DNA from: Folioceros fuciformis
Taxonomy: Eukaryota
DNA length: 38,280 bases
Assembly: GCA_049999805.1 (NCBI GenBank)
Contig: JBNGIO010006370.1
Coordinates: forward strand, 204,657 to 242,936
Direction: 5' to 3'
Positions 10,849 through 21,986 of this stretch are shown piece after piece. Both the position numbers and the translations under genes were made by a program. The notes under the pieces were generated by a model that made no database searches, had not been told where the DNA came from, and saw nothing but the letters and a program-made list of their open reading frames with translations. Numbering within the stretch: the stretch's first letter is position 1; the number at the start of each line of letters is the position of its first letter.

Positions 10849-11340
10849 TGTAATTTCTTATTTATCCTACGCCAACCTCTCAAACCTCTCAGTATCAGTT
10901 TCCATTGCTCGAGTGGGCTCTGGCTCCACATGCTGCACTGCACCGCCCTTCCTTCTCATTTGCCTCGCTGCCTGCCCCCTTGCTGCAGAGCCTACTGGTT
11001 TTCTTCGCTTTTTCTGCGGAGATGTTGTTGTGGAGACATACAAACGTTGTTTTCAACGGTGTCAGTAGTCAGAGCTTTCCCAAAGGATTATATCTACCAA
11101 AAACACCCCCAAAGCGGTCAGCTCTGCATACAAGTAACAGCGTGGGAATTCAACTCTCCCACTTGAGTTATCCTTTCTTCCTCTAGCGGTCCGGGCATTG
11201 GGAGAAGCCTCTTCGCCAGCGGGTGGTGGAGGTCGATGTCCATCTCTTTCAGTGTAGTGACGAGACAACTCTCGCGCAAATCATTTCCCGACTTGCCTTT
11301 GCTTTCGTAATCGGGGAAGTGCCTGAACATCCTTGTCCAC
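10849..11340 (-). pseudogene. Possible 5' part of the transposon's second (divergent) gene
   Basis: Coding-like segments MFRHFPDYESK...EEERITQ and SPQKKRRKPVG...ETDTERFERLA (NLS-like), cut by the LTR at 10848; no recognisable domain. Confidence 0.3.
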
Positions 11341-11545
11341 AAGCAATAGTTTGTTGCTCCGATGACCAGCTGCCATTGCTGTGCAACCAAAAATATGGAG
11401 AGTTGAAAAGCACGTAGTCTTTTCTGGAGAAGGAAGATGTTGTAGACGAAGTGCCCATGCAGCGGATTTATGCAAGACAGAATTCGAAAAGTCACTGTGC
11501 AACTCAAAAAAGAATATCCAAAGTAGCCGACCGCCAATGCATTTA

Positions 11546-11705
11546 TAGCATGATCAAGGTCATATCAGGCGGCGATTCTCGCTGAACAGCTAGTTCTATT
11601 TTGGCTCAAACGTTCAAATTGAATTAGCGTGATCAAGGTCGTATCAAGTGGCGATTCTCGCGGAATAGCTAGTTCTATTTTTGCTCTAACGTTCACATTG
11701 CATTA
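11546..11705. repeat. 79-bp tandem duplication between the divergent transposon genes
   Basis: TAGC(A/G)TGATCAAGGTC...GGCGATTCTCGC...AGCTAGTTCTATTTT at 11546 and 11625. Confidence 0.9.
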
Positions 11706-11810
11706 AACACCTGCGCTTTGGGACTTGGTTGCGAGGCTTTGTTACAACGCTGCAAATTTGAAGCAAGTCTAGCCGAAGTTCATACTCAACATACTTTCTT
11801 TTCTGCTTCC

Positions 11811-14068
11811 ATGGCCAACAAACCTTTATCATCATGTCGCGGTGATGAGAAGGTCTGTGATGATATCAGCGATGAAGGTTTGGAAGAACGAACGTTGCGT
11901 TGCGTTTATGGTTTCAAATGAATTTGATTTGCTTATTTATTACTAATGCGTGGATGATTCTTATCTCCAGGAGACCATCCTTGCAGACATCAATCTGATG
12001 AGTTGAGGTTGTCGCCAATCCGACTAAGTCTTCTGAACGAAGTTCATAGTTGTCCAAGCCCGTCACCTCACGACAACCATTTGTAGGCGCAGTGATGAAA
12101 ACGACACCTCTAAGGGGAAACGCTGATGTCTATAGGTTCTCCGGAGGGAGTGGCACATATGGTTGGGGCCTAGAATGCGAATGAAGAGGGGCCTTGCTGT
12201 CAGGAGTGTTAAGGCTCAAGACAAACACCAAGCCAGCGGTCGAGCTTTAATCGCTAGCCGGCGTCGGAATCCATGATTGAAACTCCCTTAGATCATCGAT
12301 GAGGTCGGCGAAAGAGATCTTCAACAATACTAGAGGCTAAGTGTTCAGAGCTTCGCACTTCTCTTGATTATAGGAAGATATGTTGTGCGAGACAATGTCT
12401 GAGATTGCTTGGTAAACCAGGATTTAGAGAGTTGTGATACTGTTTTCTGAAGATGAGCAGGATAGAACAAGAAACCTTTTTGCAGGCACATTTTGACATC
12501 GATAAGATTGAGAACGCACATGCAATCGCGTAACCATTCTTAATCGGGTCGGGAAAAATAAGGTGTTGTCGAGATGCTTTCAAAAGAGTGTATTGTATTG
12601 GTTCAAATAGATATGAGGGAGTGAAAGATCGAGCTTGTGGGAACATTTTTTGGTCTGGAGCTATCCGCTCAGAGCCACCGACTCTAGGCTATGCCGCGTG
12701 CGTATGGATGGATCAATTGTTTCTCCNNNNNNNNNNNNNNNNNNNNNNNNNNNNNNNNNNNNNNNNNNNNNNNNNNNNNNNNNNNNNNNNNNNNNNNNNN
12801 NNNNNNNNNNNNNNNNNNNNNNNNNNGCTTAGAGCCACGGACTGTAGGCTACGCCGCTGCTGCGTGCGTATGGATGGATCAATTGTTTCTCCTTATTATG
12901 GAGTGTATGCCAAATGTTGAAGTGTATCATTTGCTAGACTCGTACATAAAGAAGGAAATTTTCATGGACTACAAGTGGCAAATGAGCAGAGCAGAACAAT
13001 ACAACATTTTGTACTCCTACTTTTGTCAGCTATGGGCCTCGCACTTCCCAAAAGTGCACATTCCAAAAACCAACAGATTTTCCTTGTGTTCTATGTGCGA
13101 TTATCTGAAGAGAAACATTCGCTCTGAATCAAATAAACAAAAACAAGGTACAAATTAGTTTTTTTGGTTTATGATACTTAACTAAATAATGTTTGTTGAA
13201 CATGTTCGTATTCCGATGCTCTATACCTTGACATAGGGAGTGCACCGGTATACTGGCGCACTCCAGCCGAGTCAGGACAAGAGCGCCGGTCAACCGGCAC
13301 ACTTTTTCAGGTGCATGAGAAGTGTGTTGGTAGACTGACGCACTTCTCATGATTCAGATGGATTGCGCCTGTATATCGACGCGCGACTCAGGAGTCTGCT
13401 AGAGTGCACCGATATATTGGCTCACTCTTGCAGTCAAATGTGAGTGTATGCTGATATAAATTGGTGGGCGGTCTGTGGGTGGTATTCGTCCATGACAGAA
13501 GGTTTCGAAAGCGACTTAAAAGTACATCGACAAAGACTAAAGGCGTAGCGAGAGAAGAGTATCAAGCATTGTGTAAAATGCTATGGTGATCTGGCTAAAT
13601 ACCTTGGGTTGTCCATAGATGGTATGGATCAGCAAAAAACTCAAATTCCTCATTTTGTGCGACTTCCAAAGGACTTGGGGGTTTTTACTAGTGGGCCACA
13701 CTCACAACCAGGTGGACCAGGTGTTCTCTCGGTTTTCAATGGCTCTGGGAAGGAAAGAGGCTCTCAATTTACCTGCACTCATTGCTGTTATGCAGAATGC
13801 TCATACACCAACGCCAGCAGTGCATGAAGTGAAGGATGTGCCAGACTTCCGGTGATTTGTGTGGCCTACACCTTACAAGAAAGCTGGTTATTAGAATATA
13901 TCAACTGTTCACCCGTTGCACAATATTTCATTCCAACACTAGTTCAAGATCACAAGGGAGAGATGAGGAGAATGGGGCTTTAAAACAGTGATGCGAGGGA
14001 AGTAGTATTGTACAGATGAATATTGGTCACTAGATGAGGGTATCGAGTTTCTCAAGCATATTCCGGAC
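11811..14068 (+). pseudogene. Sola-like/DUF7869 transposase, 5' part (intron 13148-13498; internal deletion near 13678)
   Basis: CCARQC...CCRDAFKRVYCIG; ECMPN..YHL..K..F.QLW..HFPKVHIPK..RF..CSMC. After the GT-AG intron the frame continues to LSIDGMDQQKTQIPHF, then FLLVGHTHNQVDQVFSRFS. Start position uncertain; 100-N gap at 12727-12826. Confidence 0.8.
13239..13428. repeat. Degenerate ~41-bp-spaced array of the same GTGCGCCGGT..ACCGGCGCAC palindrome inside the transposase intron
   Basis: AGTGCACCGGTATACTGGCGCACT (~13239), AGCGCCGGTCAACCGGCACAC (~13282) and three more degenerate copies to ~13428. Confidence 0.75.
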
Positions 14069-14285
14069 TGAGAACAATGTGATTAGGGAGCATAGCAATT
14101 CTCAGAGCAATTCTCTTATGTATTTGCAGTTGAATAATAAAAAGTATCTTTCTACATCAAGGCATCTGCCTTAAATAGTAGTTATCTTGTCTACCCGACT
14201 TGCCCTATATATTCACACCGTTTTGTCTGAGTTTACCCTATATATTCGTCTAAGTATAATTAGGAACGCTATATATGCTCTAACA
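14069..14285 (-). repeat. 3' LTR of the minus-strand copia
   Basis: Direct repeat of 26129-26345. Confidence 0.96.
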
Positions 14286-14958
14286 CCCCGTCTTAAACCA
14301 CACGCTAACGGCCTTAGGTTTAGGGCAATCGCCGCCGTACTCGAAATGACCTGGGTGTAGGGAAGGCATTGATTCATTCTTCGAGTGCGGGGCTGAGAGT
14401 GCTCAGCAGCGGGCGGAAGTGCTTGTGCGCCATCTTCGTGGATCCGACTTGCAGGCAGTTGTAGGCGAGGTTGTGGGTGGTGACTTGCGGCTATATGGCG
14501 CCTATGGTGTGCGGCTGGTACTGTAGGGTGGCGCCAAGGCAGCGTAGTCACTACTTAGCAAGAGTTGTCTTGTGGGCATCTGCCTTTCGGAGCTAGTGGG
14601 TCGCGATCGTGAAGGTCGATGTGAGGCGCGCAGTGTTGTAGTGCCTGTGTGGGTGTGCTCAGGCTATGATGTAGTTCCTTCCCTCGCAAACTTGTGGACT
14701 GCGGCCTGAGAGGCCTTGCTGATGTATACTTGAGCCGACTGTATCGGCGCTACAGCTTCATCCTTCTAGTAGGTGGATGGTTGTGCTGGTGTTTTGCTTG
14801 TCCCCTAGCTTCTTATGGCCTGATGGTGTTTTTCTTACGCAGCTAGTGGGAGCCAGGGTTGCGTTGCCTTGGCCGGTGAGAGGGTGGCGAGTGTGTTCAG
14901 TGCAAGAGCCGACCAGTGGGGGGCGTCTCAAGCTTCCCCCTCTCAGCAGCCCTATCCT

Positions 14959-15926
14959 GTTAGGGTTCAAGATAGGCGGAGAAGTCGCCTAGGCCTAGCC
15001 CTCTCATGTGCAGGTAGTGGGCGTGCTTTGGCAGGCCTTTGGTGAATATGTCCGCCGTGTTTGCCTCTATGCTAGTGTAGCTGACCTTGATGATACCTCT
15101 GGACACCACATCTCATATGTAGTGGTGTTGTATCTCTATATGTTTTGTTCTGGCGTGGAAAGTTGGCCTCGCTACTAGCTCTAGGGCTGAGGTGTTGTCG
15201 CACAGGATGGGAGTCGGGTCGATCTATGAGTGGCCAAGGTCAGAGAGAAACGCTCTCTCCCATTCTGCCTCTTTAGCTGCTTCCGTTAGTGACTTGTATT
15301 CAGCTTCAGTGGCGCTGAGAGCAATGGTGACATGTTTCTTGCTGCTCTAGGTGACTGCTGCAAATGCAAGCAAGAAGCAGTAGGATGAGATGCTACGTCT
15401 GGAGTCGGAGTCGGACGCCCATTCCGCGTCTGAATAGCCAGATCAATTGAGCTGCTGCTTTCCGCTCCTCTGGTACATTAAGCCATAGTGTGCTGTGTCC
15501 TTAAGGTAGCGGAAAATCCATTTCACTGTTGTCCAGTGCGCTCTCCTAGGGCAGTCCAGGAACTGTGATACAATACTAACTGAGTACTGTATATCAGGCC
15601 TAGTTCAAATGGGGACGAAGATTAGGCTGCCGACAGCATGCCTATAAGGTACGCCTTCCATGTCTTTCAACTCATTAGGTGTCCGTGGACTCTGTTGGCG
15701 GGTCAGCTTGGTGCCCACCGCATATGGAGTGGTGGCAGGTCTGGCCTGGCCTGATCAAGATGAAACTTCAGTAGGATCTCGTTGATGTACTTGCTTTGAT
15801 GGATATACATGATCCCAGCATCTCGTGCGGTAGCAGTTGGATGCCCAGTCAATATTTCAGTTCTCCGATGTCCTTCATGTCGAACCTCTTGTGTAGCTTT
15901 GTCTTCACTTCTGCTAACAAATTGTC
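14959..15926 (-). pseudogene. copia RT C-terminus and RNase H
   Basis: LLAEVKTKLHKRFDMKDIGELKY, PYRHAVGSL, IALSATEAEY, FHARTKHIEI, NTADIFTKGL in broken frames. Confidence 0.88.
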
Positions 15927-15933
15927 AAACATT

Positions 15934-17657
15934 GTCTACCCCAAACGGGCGGATTCCGCCATTTCGGGATTCGAGAGATTTTGACGCTCAAAATTCGTGT
16001 CAGATATCCGCATTTTCATGCATTTTTGTCAAGAGATGCATAAATGTGGCCTAAAAGAGTGTTGCGTACGTCCGTAAACATCAATTTTTTCGAAAGTATA
16101 AGCAAATTTGCGGGTATCCTTGCATTCAAATACATGACAAAACTCCGTAATATGGCGGGTATCACGTAATTCAGGTGTTATCTGATTCCATGTAAGGTCC
16201 TGCATGTTTGAGCTATACCTCATATCAGTTGACCTTATTCTTGAAATTATCACCCGTCAATATCTGTCTGCATTTTCCAGAAAGGGTTACGGGATAAACC
16301 GCGAGTCAACCGGCCTAAAACAAGTGGAAGTGTGCCGTTAGACCAGCGCACACTTTGGTAAAGTGCGCCGGTTGACCGGCGCACAATACCAAAGTCACAT
16401 AAATGGCAAGTGGAAAGCGAAACTTGCATGCCGCTACATACAAAAGTTATCATAGCAGTTTGTACTTAATACTTTTATCTAAACGTCTAACAAGTTTTTG
16501 TTATTTTCAAGCGGCAATGTATCCTGGTCGCGATTGAGGACGTATAGGTTTCTGCAAATCAGAGTCCTCGTTCGGGAGGAAAGCTGTTTTTGGCGGGCCG
16601 GAGAAGCGGTTGTTGCCGATCAGCAGCATGGTGCAACTAGGGAGGCGCCTGCTTCCCGCGGGATGCTGCCGTTCAAGAGATGGTTGGACAGGTCGATGAA
16701 GTCCAGTCTGGGGCTACCCCAGAGCTCCTTGGGGAAGCTGCCGCTTATGTTGTTGCTGACGATGTGGAGGCCATGGAGGGAGCTGCAATTGGTGTAGGAG
16801 GCTGGGGTGGGCCCGGAGAAGGCGTTGGACTGGATGGCGAAGGTGCTTAGCTGGCCGCCATTGCATGCGGCCCAGGGCACGGGCCCGGAGAAGTTGTTGG
16901 ACGTTATCTCGAAGTCCTTTGACGGGCTGCTGGCGCCGAAGGTCGGCGGGAAGGGCCCGCTCATTAGGTTGTTGAAGATGGTCAACTTGGTGAGCTTCGT
17001 CAAGCTGGCCATGGCTTCCGGCACGCTGCCTGTGAGCAAATTGTTCCTGAAGGAGAACAACATCAGGTTCTTCCACTCTCCCAAGTCCTACGGGAATTCC
17101 CCACTCAACTGGTTCCCAGCCCCAGAAAAATCCTCCATGTTCACCAGCTTCTCCATCCCGAGCGGATTCTAGGTCACATATTGACGGAATCCATCCTTCT
17201 TGGGCTCCGGTGTGCCAGTAGACCAAATATACAAAATCCGGTATATTATATACACCGGTATATTGTACAACCAAATATACAAAATCCCGGCCCCTGTGAC
17301 CGGCGCACCGGTATATCATATACAGTTCCGAGGCCAACCAGGATAACCCAGTTTTTGTGAGACTTAACTTGAACTCGTCCGTTACTAGAACATGAAGTAT
17401 TTTGAATAGCTTATGCGCCAGTCAACCAATGCACCATATATTTCAATTGTTAAATATCAAGTTTCGCGTAGAAGACTCACCATGTTTACTGCATTTATTT
17501 TGGTTTTATTGACATTTGGTGAATAAATAATATACGCATACATGTCGGTGGCCTTATTGTTTGTGAAAAGAGATCAAAGGTAGATATGGGGCGCGGATCA
17601 AGACAAATTTAAAAAGTGCAAAACGGGCTCTGTGGAATCCGCCCGTCTGGGTTAGAC
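15934..17657. mobile_element. Non-autonomous 1724-bp Sola-like derivative with 24-bp TIRs carrying a captured gene fragment (Pack-type)
   Basis: TIRs GTCTACCCCAAACGGGCGGATTCC (15934-15957) and GGAATCCGCCCGTCTGGGTTAGAC (17634-17657), 22/24. Left arm 15958-16595 is the reverse complement of 27050-27654. No exact TSD. Confidence 0.82.
16596..17168 (-). pseudogene. LRR receptor-like kinase ectodomain fragment (~8 plant-type LRRs; LRR-XI-like)
   Basis: GMEKLVNMEDFSGAGNQLSGEFP*DLGEWKNL...NNLLTGSVP...NNFSGPVP...SYTNCSSL...NNISGSFP..LWGSPRLDFIDLS; after a frameshift LIGNNRFSGP. Stop at 17088-17090. Confidence 0.9.
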
Positions 17658-17659
17658 CT

Positions 17660-18752
17660 TGTTGTGGTCGTTTGTGGCAAGCATCAAGTGCTGTGCATAC
17701 GTGTGGAGTGATTTCTTGCACCCAAGAACCACCCAAGGGGCCACACATTCCCCTATTGTCATTGCAGTCCTATGGTTCGCTCCCAAGAGAGTGAACTAGT
17801 GCCAAGGAACACTACCTATCACACTTCTACCTATCAGCCGGTCTATAGGTCTGTCCATACACTCACAACAAAAAGGCTAGAAGCCTAGCCTACCCCCTAA
17901 GTCAGCTCGCCCAACTCACACTCCTGTTCTTCAGTCCTTCAGCTCTTCTTGGTTCCCACTTCAGCCACTTTCTCCTTCACCTCAGCTCTTCAAGCTTCCC
18001 ACTTCAGTCCCTTCCTCTTCACTTCAGTCCTCCACCCTCCACTTCAACACACACTCCTGCACTTCAGCAGCTCACTCTTCACTTCTATGCATTTCACCCC
18101 AACTCTTCCTTTCTTTTCTTCAGCTTCCCCCTCCTGGAAATTAGGACACAATGGCTTCACTTCTTGCAGCCTCCAAGCATAATGTGGATCTAGGACTGGA
18201 TAGCCCTCCAGCTCACAGTCCTATTCCTTCACTTCAGCCAACCTGCGAATCATGTAGCCCTTGCGGATCCGGCCACAAGGATCTTGACAGCCCCGGGATC
18301 CCCACGTTCCCCTAGTGGCAAGGGGAATCAGGACTTTGGGTCGACCTCAACCGGCTCAGCGCCCTAAGCCAGGAGTTCTACCCACAAAGTCCGGGGACAT
18401 CACGCCATAGACCGCCCTCTCTCAATGGCGGCCTCTCCTCTTGTACCCCAACCCTCATCTCTCTCTCTAACTTAAACCATCCTACATCCGGTTCTGACCT
18501 AAACCTAACCTAGGTCTGACCTAAACCTAATCTAAGCCTGACCTAGACTTGATCCAGGCCTGACCTAGACCTGATCCAGGCCTGACCTAGACCTGATCTA
18601 GGCCTGACCTAGACCTAATTCTGATCGCAGCCTAACCAAAGCCTAACTCTAACCTACTCTTGCTTCTAATTGCCCATTGCCCCTTGACACCGTTAGCTGC
18701 CCACAATTATCAACCCCTCACATCTAGCAAAAATCAGGGGTGCCTCTCAACA
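17660..18752 (-). mobile_element. Probable ~1.1-kb LTR (3' LTR of a minus-strand element) with adjacent PPT
   Basis: TGTTG...CAACA termini; TCCCTCTCCCCTCCC at 18753-18767 is a polypurine tract on the minus strand; no second copy in the window. Confidence 0.55.
18495..18620. repeat. 22-bp (2x11) degenerate tandem repeat
   Basis: CCTGACCTAGACCTGATCCAGG-type units, about 5-6 copies. Confidence 0.85.
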
Positions 18753-18767
18753 TCCCTCTCCCCTCCC

Positions 18768-21700
18768 GAGTTAGATCATCTCCCCTCTTTTGATTACCCT
18801 GCCTTCTTCCCCAGAGTCTCCCGCCTTTAGGTCCTTCCCTCCTGGCCACGGCTGGCCAAGACTCCTGGCCCTAGGCTAGGCCTTCGGCCTACAAGCAACC
18901 AGGGTTGCTACTCATGGATGGAAAGCCGAGTGTCACTTATGTCCTTAGCGGACCACCCTCCAAGCTGCTGGACTGATGCCCTTGAGCGGATAGCCCAGGG
19001 CGTCGCGTCCTGGCATGGCACACACCATCCATCATCGCCGCAAGTAGCATCCGGCCCTCCGCCTGCGGTAGCGAGTCAGTTCCAACCATCTAACCGCGGA
19101 TGGCAAGCCGTATGCAAATTACGGCCACTGGCTGCCATGGTACAGGGGGTGTACTACCCTTGCCTTCGATGCTTGGGTGGGGCAGCCCACGCCCTAAAAT
19201 TGCCTGGCAGTAGTCTACAACCAGTGTTCCAGTGTCAGGCTGTCATCCTTGGAGTGTCCCTCGGGACACTCCCCTGTCTTTCCCCTGGGCAGCCGCCTAT
19301 CGGCTATTAGGCCTACTGGCTATCCAACCAGCCATTTGGCCAGTCTTCGGCTGCTAGATCCGGTCGAGACCATTCTGTCCAACTCGAAGGAACGACCATA
19401 CAGAATCGTCGATGGGGTCAGTTGATCTGCACTGCACCTAGTTTGACCGGGATTTGGGATAAGCCGCTATCCTTGGTTTGCAGTGCACTGAGTGCAAGTC
19501 CGTCCGCGCCTGGTGCTCTCGGATCCAACCGCTTATCCTCAGCCATCGCCTGGATTCGGCCATCACGCCGTGACTCCCCTAGCCCTGCTTCCAGCCAAAC
19601 TGCAACTATCCCAGCTGCTCAGTCTCCAGCTGATCGGGACTGGATCCAGTCAGCTCGCCTAGTTGTCGAGTCGCCTGCCGTTTTCCTGATTCAGCTAGCT
19701 AGCCAGCCGACCAGACTCGACTGGCCAGCCTGCCTTAGCCTGGATCTGGCCAGGCGACCAGCCTGTAGGCCGCCTACTGCTCGCTTGCAATTGGAACGGG
19801 CTGGGTTGCTGGCCAGACTCCTCACCGCCAACTCCTCACCGCTATCTCCAACCAGCAACCCCCTTGTTCGGCCAGCCGTCACGGCTCATCTCGGTTGCTC
19901 ACGGCCGAGCATTCGCCTAGCTAAGACAGCTAGCCAGGAAGATAGCCCAACCCCCCTCAGATCCACTTTGTCCCGCTTGCCCAACCAGCTAGCCAGAGAC
20001 CCCTAGCTGCCAGGTCGCCGCCGGCTGGATACTCCTGCAGCCTGTCTTGGCTGCTGTCCATGGCTGCCTATCCTGCCAACCGGGCCGTTCTATGCACGCC
20101 AGCCAGGGTCCATCCTCCAGAGTCCCTGGCCCAGGGTCCCTGGCCCAGCAGTCCTCCGGCGGGGGATGCTTGCCAAGCCTTAAGGGTCTCCCCCACAATC
20201 CCGATTTCGGGCTCGCCTCCTTGTTGCCGGTCGTCGGCCGGACCGTCTGCCGAGACCTGGCTAGGCGACCATTCCCCCCCCGAGTCCGGTCTGCTCGGCT
20301 TGCCTACCTTCATCCTAATCTACTCCTGTGGTTTGGCCTGGCTTCTAAATCATCTGACCCCAGCCGGCCACCATCCCGGCCCCTCTTGGCTGTTTCTGGG
20401 CCGGGCGATCGGCTACCTAAGGCAGCCAACCAGGCCACTATGCTCAGCCGAGACCAGCCACGCCGCCTAGCATCTCGCTGTGAACCTACCCTGACCAGTT
20501 CCTACCAGCCAGATGGCATGCTTGCTCCTCTAGTTGTCGGGCCGCCCCAGCCAGTGGATCCGCACCCTGATCGGCCCCTGACAGCCTGGCTGCTGCTCAG
20601 CAGCTGGTCACTGCTAAGCCAGCCCCCCTGCTACTCGCCTTGCCAATCCAACTCGGCGCTCGCCATGCTCGGAGTGTCCTGCCGGTCAGGGTCTGGCCAA
20701 GCCTAGCTCAACCCTCCAAGCCTGCCGATCAATCTTGCCCGCCATCCGGTCACACGCCATCCACGGCCGCTGCTGCCCGTGGCCTAGCCAGCCTGCTGGC
20801 TGGCTAGATCCAGCTTGGAAGCCAGCCGGATTTAGTAAGCCCCCCTACCAACCGGTTCGTGTGCCTGGACTCGCCCGCTGGCCAGCCCGGCCTGGAACTA
20901 GCCAGGCAGCCTGCCCGCTTGCCCGACTCTCGTGGCCGTCGCCTACTTGCCCAGGCCAATTTGCTAGAGGCCGCTAGCTGGCCCCAGACCCAGCCAGGCA
21001 GGTTCGCCTGCCAGTCGCTTGCCCACCAGCCTGCCGCCAAGCTACACGGCTGCTACCTGGACGTCTGGCCGGAACCGCCTGCTTCTGGCCTGCCCGCTGG
21101 GTGGTTGGCGATCCAGCCAGCGCCTGTCTGACCCCATCGCGACCAGTCGCCATGACCAGACCCTTGCCCAGCCGATCAACTAGTTGCTTGGTTGGATCTG
21201 CCCTGGCTAGACCCCATACCACCCTGTCCCCGCTGCCGCTACGAGGCCGCCTTGCTACAGCGGCTGGTGGCCTGCAACCAGGCCAAGCTGCTTGCTTGCA
21301 GCCTGACCGAGTTGCCGTCTACGTGGTAGACCCCGTCGGGACCTTAGCCGGGCCCCGGCCTGCCAGAGCCGCGGCTTGCCGTGGCCAACTGGCCAGTGCC
21401 ACTAGCCGACCCCCGGCCTCCATATCCATCCCGGGAGCCAGCCACCAACCTTGGCCTCCCAGATTCCCTGCCGTCCAACCGGGCCGTCCAGGTTGTCTGG
21501 CTGGATTCCCTGCAGCCCATCCGCCAGCCAACCCTCCTACCAGCCTACTGCCAGTCGCTTGCCCAGAGGCCGCAAGCCAGCTCCTGCCTTCTAAATCCGG
21601 CCAGATCCAAGCCACCGCCCTGGATCCCGCCAGTCTGCTAATCTGGCCACTTGTGCTCTGGTGATCCCTATCCACCCGATGCACCAAGGCAGCGTCCCGA

Positions 21701-21986
21701 CACGTCCATCTCCGTCCCCAGCTTCCACTAGCAACAGCCGAAGGACCCCCAGCTCGCTTTCCACGACGTCCCAGGTTTCCTATTCCTCCGTTACCTTACC
21801 CCGAGGAACCAGAGCCCGTGTCCTATCTACCACACAACCTACCTACCCTATCGACTCACCATCAATCTAGCCATTATTCTAACCTAACCTTCCAACCTTT
21901 CCTCTACAACACTCACTCACAAATCCAAAAAAAAAGGAAAACCTATCATTTCCCAGGGGTCTGTTCAGCATGTGGAGTCCACAATA
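18768..21986. other. GC-rich, C-skewed non-coding segment of presumed retroelement origin
   Basis: Dense CCAGCC/GCCTG/GGATCC motifs, only low-complexity ORFs; ends where copia RT (QMDV) resumes. Confidence 0.45.

Noticed and set aside
12667-12892. ~60-bp direct repeat flanking the 100-N gap
   Set aside because: Most likely overlapping contig ends (assembly artefact), not a biological duplication; it does flag a possible join between different copies or haplotypes.
18918-21870. Numerous 60-220-aa ORFs on both strands
   Set aside because: Low-complexity Pro/Ala/Arg/Ser products expected from GC-rich skewed DNA; overlapping in all frames, with no domain motifs.
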